Shown: positions 38,727 through 47,734 of the stretch, one piece after another | How positions within the stretch are numbered: position 1 is the first letter of the stretch | How the letters are laid out: the number at the start of each line of letters is the position of its first letter | Assembly (NCBI GenBank): GCA_963674745.2 | Contig: CAXXDV010000001.1 | Span: 1,856,001-1,920,000 of the forward strand | From: Desulfosudaceae bacterium | GTDB lineage: Bacteria; Desulfobacterota; Desulfobacteria; Desulfobacterales; Desulfosudaceae | Direction: 5' to 3' | Length of the DNA stretch: 64,000 nt | Notes under the pieces: model-generated | What the model saw: the letters and a program-made list of their open reading frames with translations, nothing else | The model's database searches: none | What the model was told of the DNA's origin: nothing | Made by a program: the position numbers and the translations under genes

Positions 38727-41700
38727 TTATTGAATGTATGATGAGTATTCCCTGCTCTTTTCTTCGCAAGCTTTTTCATCAATTATCCGACGGATCATCC
38801 GGGCCAGGTCGGATTTGACAATCGGCTTCATCAACAATCCTTTGATGCCGGTGGCTTTTACTATTTCCTTGTTGATCAGTTCGCTGAACCCGGTGCAGAT
38901 CAGTATGGGCATGTCGGGTCGTATGGATAAGACTTTTGCGGCAAGTTGATCGCCGGTCATGTGCGGCATGGTCATGTCGGTTATCACAAGATCAAATCTA
39001 TCAGGACTTGCCTCAAACGCTTCCAGGGCTTCCACGCTGCCGGTTCGCATGGTGACATGGTACCCGAGTCTTTCCAGCATTAGTCTCTCCATATCGGCAA
39101 TTGACACTTCATCGTCAACCAGGAGAATATGTTCATTCCCGGTTGGTATGCTCTGAGGGATTGTCACCACATTCGATATTTCCTCGTTCTCGATAACGGG
39201 CAGATAAACATGAAAGGTGCTGCCGATACCGGGTTCACTATAAACAGAGATATGCCCTTCATGATTGTTGACGATTCCATATACGACGGCCAGGCCCAGA
39301 CCGGTTCCTTTGCCGCTTTCCTTTGTGGTGAAATATGGATCGAAAACTCTATTGATGATGTCCGGTGTCATCCCCTTACCGTTGTCGCTGACAGTCAGTC
39401 GAATGTATCTGCCCGGGGTTAAACCCGGTTTGTCTTCCATGTCGTCCGTTTCAAGTTCAATCTCAGACAAGGTAACCTCGATCTTTCCGCCTCTTTCATC
39501 CAAAGCATGGTAGGCATTTGTAAACAGGTTTATCACAATTTGGTGGATCTGGGTGTGATCGCCCAGGATCAATCCGCAGTCGTTGTCGATGTATTTATTA
39601 ATTTCGATATTCATGGGTATGGAAGCGCGAATCAGTTTAATGGCTTCTTTTACGACAATCTTGACAATTAAAGGCCGTTTTTCCTGACTGCCCTTGCGGC
39701 TGAATGTCAATATCTGTTTTACCAGATCCTTTGCCCGCATGGAAGCCGTGAAAATACCCTGAAGGAATTCATGTTCCAGGCTGTCCGGCTGAACACAGTC
39801 TATCGTTAACTCCGTGTATCCGACAATCGAGGAAAGAATGTTATTGAAGTCATGGGCAATCCCTCCGGCCAATGTCCCGATTGATTCTACTTTGTGAGAC
39901 TGGATGATTTGTTTTTCCATCTTTTTTATCTGAGTAACATCCCTGACAAAACACAGCGCTGCCGGATTATTTTCCCATATGATCTGCACACCGTTTATTT
40001 CCAGCAGCAACTCTTGTTTTGATTTGTCCTTTACCCTGAATGTGGTGTAATCCGTTATATTTTGACCTTCAATGATCTTTGTATAGCGATCGTGAATTTT
40101 GCTTTGGTCATCCGGATGAATGATATCCATAAAAGAAATACTTGATAATTCTTTCTTTGAGTAGCCCAGGATTTTTTCCGTACTTGAATTGCAATATTTC
40201 ATCATATCGTCCTGGGTGACGATAATCGCATCACGCGCGTTTTCTAAAATAAGCCGATGACGTTCTTCGGCGATTCGTTTGTTTTTTACTACCTGTATTT
40301 CCGTGGTAATATCACGGATAAATTCCACTACTCCGCTGATCTCTTTGGAATTCTGATCCGTCAGGGGAAATACCGACAATTCGATCCATTTGATATCGGA
40401 TCCGGCAGGGCCGGGTACGATATTCGTTTCAATTTTACCAGAATCAATGCATGAGAGGGCCGGGCAGGGTTCGCAAGGCTCTTGGGAACTGAAATAACAC
40501 TCGTGACATTTCCGGCCCTCCAAAGGCCGGGTTTCCGGATACCATTTTTTTATCACGCCATTGACCTGTCGGATGGTCAGATCACGGTCCAGAATGGAAA
40601 CACCATCCTGAATACTTTCAAACAAATTCGAAAAAAGTTTTTCACTGTTTCGTAATGAAATTTCTATATTCGTCTTTTCCGCAATATATCGTTCCAGATC
40701 GGCTGCCATCTGATTAAACGACTTGCCCAATATACCAAATTCATCTTTTGATTTTATTGGTATTCTTTTTGTCAATTCCCCTTTACCCAGGGCGGATGTT
40801 GCCGAGAGCAACTGTTTAAATGATCTGGTTACATGGGTCGTGAGCAGAAGGACGATGACGGTACATAGGATTACGGAAATAAATATTAATGAAAGGATCA
40901 TTTGTTTTGCTTTGTTTGCCGTACCAATGCCCTCAAGTTTGGCATTGTTCAGATCAGCAAGCGCCGAATTTTTCACGTCCTCATGGAGAATGTGGTGTAG
41001 GTTCGAGCGAATTTTTGTAAAGTTGGACAGATAATAATTAAATGCGTACTCAATGCCGAGGATTTCTGATGTCAAAGCGTGTGTTTCGCTGAACAGGTTA
41101 CTGATTTGTTGCGTCCAGTATTTTTCATCTTCCGTTAACGGCAGGGATTTCCATTGTTGGAGATGACCGAAAAAATCGTTGGCATGGATAGAAATGCGAT
41201 CTTTATATTCAGGCGCTTCCGTAATTAAGTAATTGCCCAGCCCGATACAGGCTTCATTGTAGTTTGTTCTCAAGCCGAAATAGTGAAGTATCTTTTGCGT
41301 TTGAACGGGATTTCCGGTATCGGTCAATTCGGGTTGATACTGGCCGAAAAGCAGAAAGGCCGAATTGAGTTTTTCGGCAAAGTCCGCAAACAGGTTTTTC
41401 TGGTAATCCTTGGCGTTCATCAAGCTGATGCCGGTGGGTTGGAGCTCCTCATAAATTTTTGCGATATCTTCGCCCGGATCATTTCCCTGGTTGTTGTTCA
41501 AAAGCTGTAGATATTCATTATGAAATTTTTTAAAGTCCTGGTCGTTCTTTACAATATTCGCACGGGCTTGCGGATCTGTGTTGAAAAGATAATTTAGAAT
41601 ATTTATTTCCGTTTCAATGGCATGAATTTCCATTTCAAAGGCGGCTGTGGTTTTGGGCTCGGCTTTATCCGTTATCTCCTGTATGTCCCTGATAACGGTT

Positions 41701-41798
41701 TGCGCTTCAAAATAGGATACAAATCCGATCATTATTAAAAAAAGGAGCAGGATACCGAATCCAAGCGCCAGCTTGCGCCCGATTGTGAATTTTATCAT
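38727..41798 (-). CDS. Hybrid sensor histidine kinase (periplasmic helical sensor, HAMP, 2 PAS, HisKA, HATPase, REC)
   Basis: GGIAHDFNNIL, FTTKESGKGTGLGL, LLVDDE and ITDMTMP motifs. Confidence 0.93.
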   Translation of the reverse strand: MIKFTIGRKLALGFGILLLFLIMIGFVSYFEAQTVIRDIQEITDKAEPKTTAAFEMEIHAIETEINILNYLFNTDPQARANIVKNDQDFKKFHNEYLQLLNNNQGNDPGEDIAKIYEELQPTGISLMNAKDYQKNLFADFAEKLNSAFLLFGQYQPELTDTGNPVQTQKILHYFGLRTNYNEACIGLGNYLITEAPEYKDRISIHANDFFGHLQQWKSLPLTEDEKYWTQQISNLFSETHALTSEILGIEYAFNYYLSNFTKIRSNLHHILHEDVKNSALADLNNAKLEGIGTANKAKQMILSLIFISVILCTVIVLLLTTHVTRSFKQLLSATSALGKGELTKRIPIKSKDEFGILGKSFNQMAADLERYIAEKTNIEISLRNSEKLFSNLFESIQDGVSILDRDLTIRQVNGVIKKWYPETRPLEGRKCHECYFSSQEPCEPCPALSCIDSGKIETNIVPGPAGSDIKWIELSVFPLTDQNSKEISGVVEFIRDITTEIQVVKNKRIAEERHRLILENARDAIIVTQDDMMKYCNSSTEKILGYSKKELSSISFMDIIHPDDQSKIHDRYTKIIEGQNITDYTTFRVKDKSKQELLLEINGVQIIWENNPAALCFVRDVTQIKKMEKQIIQSHKVESIGTLAGGIAHDFNNILSSIVGYTELTIDCVQPDSLEHEFLQGIFTASMRAKDLVKQILTFSRKGSQEKRPLIVKIVVKEAIKLIRASIPMNIEINKYIDNDCGLILGDHTQIHQIVINLFTNAYHALDERGGKIEVTLSEIELETDDMEDKPGLTPGRYIRLTVSDNGKGMTPDIINRVFDPYFTTKESGKGTGLGLAVVYGIVNNHEGHISVYSEPGIGSTFHVYLPVIENEEISNVVTIPQSIPTGNEHILLVDDEVSIADMERLMLERLGYHVTMRTGSVEALEAFEASPDRFDLVITDMTMPHMTGDQLAAKVLSIRPDMPILICTGFSELINKEIVKATGIKGLLMKPIVKSDLARMIRRIIDEKACEEKSREYSSYIQ

Positions 41799-41910
41799 TG
41801 ATCATACCTCGGCAATCTTAATGATTCGTCATTTCGGTGCATTGTAAGAGAAAAAGACCGAATAGCGCTGATACAAAATTTAAAAGTTGAACGGTATTAT
41901 AGAGACAGGG

Positions 41911-41927
41911 TGTTAAATTAATATGAG
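41911..41927 (-). promoter_or_regulatory. Pho-box-like pair facing the hybrid kinase
   Basis: Minus-strand CTCATAttaatTTAACA. Confidence 0.5.
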
Positions 41928-42121
41928 GGCAACGGTAGCTTTTTGATTTTAAGGACAAGTGAGCATATACTGGTATCATCTTGATGGAGCTGATATCACC
42001 AAATTATCGCCAGCCACCGCCTGAAGGTAGATGCCGCAGGATAAAACATTGAACAATCGAACTAAAAATCGTGTCCGTAAAAATGGACCTTCGGTGAAAC
42101 ATCCGAAACGGAGAGGAGAAA

Positions 42122-42595
42122 ATGGCTCTTGATGCAAAACGATTATCCATGAAATACGAAATGACAATCCCCGCCCCCCGTGAGCAGGTTTTCCCTATGC
42201 TTTGTCCTGTCCGGGAGTATGACTGGCTGCCTTACTGGAATTGCCGCATGATCTATTCGCTTTCCGGGGTGGCCGAACAGGATTGCGTATTTATGACCGA
42301 TTTCCCGGACAGAGGAGAAATGATCTGGACCGTTACCCGATATTCATCTCCGGATCATATTCAATACACCATCTGCAAACCTGATTCCCATATTTTGAGC
42401 CTGAACATTGTCCTCGAAGAGATTAATTCTCAGGAATGTCGGCTGACATGGCGTCATGTATTCACGGGATTCACCAAAGCAGGTAATCAATATTTGGTCG
42501 GATATACCGACGAACATCACCGCCTTCATCTGTCGCGGATTGAAAAGTGCCTGGTGTATTATGTGAAAACCGGTAATATCCTGAAAGAGGGATGA
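42122..42595 (+). CDS. SRPBCC/START-like hypothetical protein
   Basis: IPAPREQVFPMLCPVREYDW N-terminus typical of this fold; RBS GGAGAGGAG. Confidence 0.65.
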   Translation: MALDAKRLSMKYEMTIPAPREQVFPMLCPVREYDWLPYWNCRMIYSLSGVAEQDCVFMTDFPDRGEMIWTVTRYSSPDHIQYTICKPDSHILSLNIVLEEINSQECRLTWRHVFTGFTKAGNQYLVGYTDEHHRLHLSRIEKCLVYYVKTGNILKEG

Positions 42596-42635
42596 GTTCG
42601 GCCTGGATTGTTTGGGCATGCAAAGGAATGGTATA

Positions 42636-43301
42636 ATGACCACGAAATCCTTATCTGCACGTTTTTTGTCCGCCCGTTTCGTGCACCAGGCGATCTCTAT
42701 TGTCGCCACGGATCTATTGTATGGTGTCGGCATCCTGTTCTTTTCCTGGCATGTCTTCGATATCCTGGTCATTCTATGGGTTGAAAGCGTGCTTCAGGCA
42801 GTGATGGGGTTGTTTCGGTTACTGATCGCAGGCGGCACGCTTTTCATTCGTCGTCTTCAGATCGCGGTATTCTTTTCCGTCGGAGGCGCGCTATTCAGCC
42901 TTGCCTTCGGTCTGTTTGCCTTTGTTTTCTATTCCGACCTCAACGTACCCGGAGACAGGGAAGCGTCACTGGCCGCCATGGCCGGCCTGCTCACGAGTCC
43001 TTCCGTGGTCATATCGGCACTGTGCATATTGGCCTGCCTGGTGTACGAATTCTTTGCCGGGTATATCGGTGCCGGTGCTTATCGAAAAGCTCAAGGGGAA
43101 TGGGAGATGGTCCATGTCGGCCTGCGGCAGCCGCTTTTGCTGATGGGATTGATGTTCGGCGGAGCCATCCTGGAAAAACACGGTAACCCGGTACCGGGGT
43201 TGCTCCTGGTGCTGATACTCAAGATGGGGGTGGAATTTCTTTCTGCCTTTCATCGCGCGTTTCAGCCTCCGGCCGTCGCGGTTGAACAATCGGGCACATA
43301 G
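42636..43301 (+). CDS. Membrane hypothetical protein (DUF6498-like)
   Basis: GILFFSWHVFDILVILWVES start; about 6 TMs. Confidence 0.55.
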   Translation: MTTKSLSARFLSARFVHQAISIVATDLLYGVGILFFSWHVFDILVILWVESVLQAVMGLFRLLIAGGTLFIRRLQIAVFFSVGGALFSLAFGLFAFVFYSDLNVPGDREASLAAMAGLLTSPSVVISALCILACLVYEFFAGYIGAGAYRKAQGEWEMVHVGLRQPLLLMGLMFGGAILEKHGNPVPGLLLVLILKMGVEFLSAFHRAFQPPAVAVEQSGT

Positions 43302-43341
43302 ACATGAAAGCCACATAACCAATCAAGAAAGAAAGGATACC

Positions 43342-43953
43342 ATGTCTGGATCGCAGAATGAAAAGAAAAAGAAAATGAGTATGCCTGCCGGCGAAGCAGC
43401 GGATATGTTGCGCGTCATGGCAGAGGAGTTGGAAAAGGGCCGTATCTCAATTGACGAAGAAGGGATCCAGGTCGCTTTTGACGCGCCGGTAAAGATCAGC
43501 TTGAAATCCAAAGACGACAAGTTGGTCGTGAAAATACAATTCAAACTCTGTATGACCGGGGATGACGAACGGACAGCACTTGTGGTTGAAGCCAAACAAC
43601 GGCATGGTTCTCGAGGCCCCCGAAAGAAAGGGACAGGGCCCAAAAAAGCCGCGGGGAAGAAAACAGAAAATTACAAAACCCTGAAAAAACGTATGTCCAA
43701 GGATTTCAATGCCATTGCCAAGTGCTGCCGTGACGAAGAAACCCTTCCGGATGCATCGCTTGTAGAGCAGTTCTGCCGTGACTCAAAACAAATGTGCACT
43801 TACAAAGGCAAGGGAGATGCGTTTTACGACGCTTATCTCAAAGCGGTAGAATCCTTTTACCGGGGTTTTCTGGCAACCGATCTGGAAGCGATTCACTTCG
43901 CTGTCGACTCCCTCAAACGGATGAAAAAGGAATGCCATCACAAATACAAATAA
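43342..43953 (+). CDS. GAK system XXXCH domain protein with an N-terminal amphi-Trp-like domain
   Basis: YKTLKKRMSKDF and C-terminal KKECHHKYK. ATG 43342 follows AAGGA. Confidence 0.82.
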   Translation: MSGSQNEKKKKMSMPAGEAADMLRVMAEELEKGRISIDEEGIQVAFDAPVKISLKSKDDKLVVKIQFKLCMTGDDERTALVVEAKQRHGSRGPRKKGTGPKKAAGKKTENYKTLKKRMSKDFNAIAKCCRDEETLPDASLVEQFCRDSKQMCTYKGKGDAFYDAYLKAVESFYRGFLATDLEAIHFAVDSLKRMKKECHHKYK

Positions 43954-43994
43954 GTGATTTGTATCTCAATATATTTTTTATATTTTCGTACCAT

Positions 43995-44022
43995 TTAACA
44001 AGAAAATAACCACAACCTAATT
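43995..44022 (+). promoter_or_regulatory. Pho-box-like array upstream of the amphi-Trp gene pair
   Basis: TTAACA, ATAACC, CTAATT at an 11-bp period. Confidence 0.6.
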
Positions 44023-44116
44023 ATTTTTTAGGATTATTGAGTATAACTTTTTCTGGTAGTTACAGTTTGGGTGTGCTCCTTCTGTGTTAATGATAAATCA
44101 TTAAGAGGAAGACGAT

Positions 44117-44374
44117 ATGGGAGACAAAAAAGAAATAAGCTTTGAGACCCTGGTTACTCGTGAAAAAGTGGCCGGGTATCTTCAGAACCTGGCCGAGAGT
44201 ATTTCCAGTGGCAAATTAAATATCCAGAAAGGGATCGAAACTATCGCTTTGACCCCTGGAGAGACAGTGGCTATGGAAGTGGAAGCCAAGCAGAAAAAAG
44301 AGAAAGAAAAGTTTTCTCTAAAATTGACCTGGACAGTTTCCCCTGAGCAAACCCTTAAAATTACCCCCGATTAG
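44117..44374 (+). CDS. Amphi-Trp domain protein
   Basis: YLQNLAESISSG and EVEAKQKKEKEKFSLKLTW. Confidence 0.85.
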   Translation: MGDKKEISFETLVTREKVAGYLQNLAESISSGKLNIQKGIETIALTPGETVAMEVEAKQKKEKEKFSLKLTWTVSPEQTLKITPD

Positions 44375-44391
44375 AACTAAGGAGATCAGCC

Positions 44392-44730
44392 ATGGCAAAA
44401 AAAAGCACGACCAAAAAAGGCATAAGCATTGAGGCGCGTTTATCATTGAATGACGCCTTGGCCCAAATTGAGGAACTGGTAAAAAACTTTAAAGCAGGTG
44501 TCTGTACTATCCAAAAAGGGCCTGAAGCCATCGTCATTAAACCTCAGCAGGAAGTCAATTTTGAATTAAAAGTAACCCAAAAGAAAGATGATAAAGAGAA
44601 GATGTCAATCGAGTTAAGCTGGCAAAGACCGCCAACGCCGGTTACGTCGGATGATTTTAAGATCATACCAGGCGAAGTGGCGCTTCCTGCTCAGGAAGAA
44701 GCATCTCCACAGGATGAAACCGACAAATAA
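44392..44730 (+). CDS. Amphi-Trp domain protein
   Basis: QIEELVKNFKAG and ELKVTQKKDDKEKMSIELSW; acidic tail. Confidence 0.82.
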   Translation: MAKKSTTKKGISIEARLSLNDALAQIEELVKNFKAGVCTIQKGPEAIVIKPQQEVNFELKVTQKKDDKEKMSIELSWQRPPTPVTSDDFKIIPGEVALPAQEEASPQDETDK

Positions 44731-44796
44731 TTCGGGAGTGGAGCGGGAATTTACTCATGGAGATGAACCGGAACATATCTTTCTAAGGAGGGGTGC

Positions 44797-45264
44797 TTGA
44801 CAGCAAAGAAATTCATTTTTTATTTAGGCACCCCTTTGGTTGCTTCAGTCGTGCTGATGATTCTATTAAGTAGCATTCCCGGCATAAAGCAACTTCCAAC
44901 TTTAGAAGAAAAAGCAAGGTCCGGGAATGTAAAAGCTATGATCGAACTGGCTCAAAAATATGATTATGATTGGTCTCATGTTGATAATCATAAGGAAAAA
45001 GCCATGAAATGGTATCAAAAAGCGGCCAAGGCCGGGAACTTGGAGTCTACATATAAAATTGGTATGCGGTACTTAAACGGTGATGGCGTCACCCAGGATG
45101 AACACCGAGCGGCCTGCTGGCTGGAAAAGGCGGCCCAAAAAGGTCATGAGCGTGCTCAAGGCACTCTTGAGCAACTCAAAAAAAGACATATATTCCCAAC
45201 AAGGAACAGCTCGAGGCTGACGCCGGGAAAAAGAGCTACGGTTGACTTAAAAGCAGCTCCATAG
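44797..45264 (+). CDS. Sel1-repeat membrane-anchored protein
   Basis: N-terminal TM; KAMKWYQKAAKAG, YLNGDGVTQD and WLEKAAQKG. Confidence 0.85.
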   Translation: MTAKKFIFYLGTPLVASVVLMILLSSIPGIKQLPTLEEKARSGNVKAMIELAQKYDYDWSHVDNHKEKAMKWYQKAAKAGNLESTYKIGMRYLNGDGVTQDEHRAACWLEKAAQKGHERAQGTLEQLKKRHIFPTRNSSRLTPGKRATVDLKAAP

Positions 45265-45330
45265 TCCTTTCTCCGAACAAAAGCAACTGGCTTATTAGCC
45301 TGGTACTGGATCCAAATTGATAAAAAGGAA

Positions 45331-45671
45331 TTACTGGACTGACCCACTGTAGAAAAACCAGCCTGAACCAACAACATATAAAAATATTTCCATGAGGCTA
45401 TGTTCGATGTTGATTATCAGTAGGGACTTTGATTGTAATTAACGATATGCCAGAATCATTCCGGCAAATATGGGTAAGGTCGGTGCGATAATATTCCCAT
45501 ATCATAAATGAAATAGTCCAAAACTTAATCCGTTAAACAAATTCAGGGGTAACGGCCCGGAAAAAATTGAACGGCAGCGATGAAAGAAAAAAACTTTTTA
45601 AAAATGATTTCCTGGGGTAGAGCAGCCAACAGCGGATACAGTAGCACAAATATCAAAACCGCTTTCGGGTG
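45331..45671 (-). pseudogene. Degenerate copy of the 3' half of the CPBP gene at 46828-47535
   Basis: Colinear nucleotide similarity to 46828-47166 with premature stops (Tyr to TAA, Trp to TGA) and small indels. Confidence 0.85.
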
Positions 45672-45741
45672 TATCACTGACAGACTTTATAATGTGTGCA
45701 GCCGTTATAGGCATACTAATACCGCATTGGATTAATCTAAT

Positions 45742-46077
45742 ATGAAGAAATTACCGTATAGGAAGTTTGGTGATAATTACATAAGGAAGGAAATATTTAT
45801 AATTGTCCCAATACTATTATTATTTATTCTCATTGCCTTATTCAGGAGACAAGATTCTTTTATTATACCTTTACTTACTGTTTTAATAATCCTGATATCT
45901 GTTGCTGGAACTATCTGGCAAACAAAACGATTAAAGGAGTTCGCATGCCCTAATTGTGGAAAGAAAATTCTGGAACCAACCATAAAATACAGAAGTGATG
46001 GAGATCCAATAAATTATTATTGTCCGGACTGTGATATAGAATGGGAAACAGGATTAACTGAATCAACTTCTTCTTAA
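45742..46077 (+). CDS. AT-rich hypothetical protein with 2 TMs and a CxxC...CxxC zinc ribbon
   Basis: CPNC and CPDC motifs. Confidence 0.65.
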   Translation: MKKLPYRKFGDNYIRKEIFIIVPILLLFILIALFRRQDSFIIPLLTVLIILISVAGTIWQTKRLKEFACPNCGKKILEPTIKYRSDGDPINYYCPDCDIEWETGLTESTSS

Positions 46078-46085
46078 TAAAACAA

Positions 46086-46205
46086 CCTATAACACATGCA
46101 CTTGACTCGCAGGGGCGAATTGCTTTGGCATTATCGTGATCCGGTGAAAACGTGGCTTTACTAAAGCCACCTTCCCCTGCTCCCAAGTGACGGAGGAAGT
46201 CGGGA
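46086..46205 (+). mobile_element. attC-like site (degenerate integron cassette boundary)
   Basis: CCTATAAC just after the stop is the exact reverse complement of GTTATAGG at 45704-45711. Imperfect stem cacttg..gcagggg / cccctgc..caagtg; ends GTCGGGA. Confidence 0.45.
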
Positions 46206-46217
46206 GAGATAAGAGAT

Positions 46218-46403
46218 ATAAACCTAAAAAAAATTACACGAATCACCTCTATTGGGATTGCCACTGCCTTTATACTTTCTTTCTTCGGTATCCCTTGGAA
46301 GTGTCTTGGACAAGATCCACGATTGATTTTTTCGGTTGTCAGCAATTCCCTGATGTACGCCTCAATCCTGTTCTTTTTAATTAATCTTTATCGGCGGAGT
46401 TAA
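46218..46403 (+). CDS. 61-aa two-TM ORF with an ATA start (not in the ORF track)
   Basis: INLKKITRITSIGIATAFILSFFGIPW...SILFFLINLYRRS*; purine-rich upstream sequence; stops 1 nt before the next gene. Confidence 0.4.
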   Translation: MNLKKITRITSIGIATAFILSFFGIPWKCLGQDPRLIFSVVSNSLMYASILFFLINLYRRS

Positions 46404-46404
46404 A

Positions 46405-46797
46405 GTGTCTGAAGCAGAAAAGTTTCTCGGGCTAAACTTCGATCAACCTCCGGATGAGCCAAGCGAAATTTCAATAAAACGTAAGCTAACTTTTATTTTA
46501 TCAGTTTGGTTTCTGGGATTTCTCATTGCTTGTCCTGACCCACGCTGCGTCCTTCTGATTCCGGCCTTCCCATTTGGTCTGGCAGCATATATTCAGGAAT
46601 GGATCGTGAAACTAGATCAATCAGAAGCGGCTATTCTGATAATTGGTTGGCTGATATATGCTGGTTTTACAGTAGGATCTCTCTCTATGAAACGAAGGCG
46701 ATGGTTTTATATGTGCTGGGTCGTTTTGACGACTTTACTAGTGCTAAACGGTGTTGGGTGTCATGCAATGCTGAAAGAGTTAGGGAAAATTCATTAA
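46405..46797 (+). CDS. Hypothetical membrane protein
   Basis: About 4 hydrophobic segments; GTG start after GGAG. Confidence 0.55.
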   Translation: MSEAEKFLGLNFDQPPDEPSEISIKRKLTFILSVWFLGFLIACPDPRCVLLIPAFPFGLAAYIQEWIVKLDQSEAAILIIGWLIYAGFTVGSLSMKRRRWFYMCWVVLTTLLVLNGVGCHAMLKELGKIH

Positions 46798-46827
46798 CCC
46801 CACATATGAAAATTGATAAAAAAAGAG

Positions 46828-47535
46828 TTATTGGATTGACCCGCTGTAAAAAAACCAACCCATTCCAACAACATATAATAGTATTCCCATGAGACCATGT
46901 TCGATGCTGACTAGCAGGAGGGACTTTGTCTGCAAATAACGATAAGCAAGAATCATTCCGGCAAATATGGATAATATCGGCGCGATGAAATTTCCATACC
47001 ATAAATGAAACAGCCCGAAACTTAACCCGTTAAAGAAAATCAGAGGTAATGGCCCGGGGAATATTGAACGGTAGCGATGAAAGAAAAAACATTTAAAAAT
47101 GATTTCCTGGGGTAACGCAGCCAGCAGCGGATACAGTAGAACGAAGGTCAAAGCTGCATGTGGGCGATTGATTGGGAAGACCAGAAATCGATCTCCAAAA
47201 AACAGGTAAGTCAATGTGCCTATAGCAATGCCGATACCTATGAGTGTGATCAGTATTTGTTTGATGTGGGATAAGAAATTGCGGGTATTCCACAGGATTG
47301 GAAGTTCAAATTCTTTAGAAGAAGCTATATATATCATGCAGCCAAGAGCGAGAAGCAATAAAACAGGTACTAACCTGAAAGCCAGGAAATGACGAAACCA
47401 ATATAATGCGATCGGTGCAATAAAAAACAACATGACACATTCGATCAGGGTATAATATTTTTTCCATTCAAAATTAAAACTTTGAATGGTACATGCTTCA
47501 TTATTTAATGTAGACAGCTCGACAATTTCTTCCAT
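46828..47535 (-). CDS. CPBP (Abi/CAAX) family intramembrane protease-like protein
   Basis: PQEIIFK (degenerate EExxxR), FGLFH and SIEHG motifs. Confidence 0.8.
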   Translation of the reverse strand: MEEIVELSTLNNEACTIQSFNFEWKKYYTLIECVMLFFIAPIALYWFRHFLAFRLVPVLLLLALGCMIYIASSKEFELPILWNTRNFLSHIKQILITLIGIGIAIGTLTYLFFGDRFLVFPINRPHAALTFVLLYPLLAALPQEIIFKCFFFHRYRSIFPGPLPLIFFNGLSFGLFHLWYGNFIAPILSIFAGMILAYRYLQTKSLLLVSIEHGLMGILLYVVGMGWFFYSGSIQ

Positions 47536-47582
47536 CTCACGTTTCCTGTATCAATCCTAAATTCCCGCTTTGACATGTAAAT

Positions 47583-47621
47583 ATAACACAATATTAACAA
47601 AAAATAAACATAAATGTCATA
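47583..47621 (+). promoter_or_regulatory. Pho-box-like array upstream of the alpha/beta hydrolase
   Basis: ATAACA, TTAACA, TAAACA, GTCATA at an 11-bp period; includes TGTCAT. Confidence 0.65.
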
Positions 47622-47734
47622 TATTTACAAATAATAAATATTTTGAAGATATGGGAAGTCGAATATGATTTAAGCGGATTGAATCTAATATGTTACAGAT
47701 GTTGCGGTACGACTGAATTATATAAAAATAGAAA

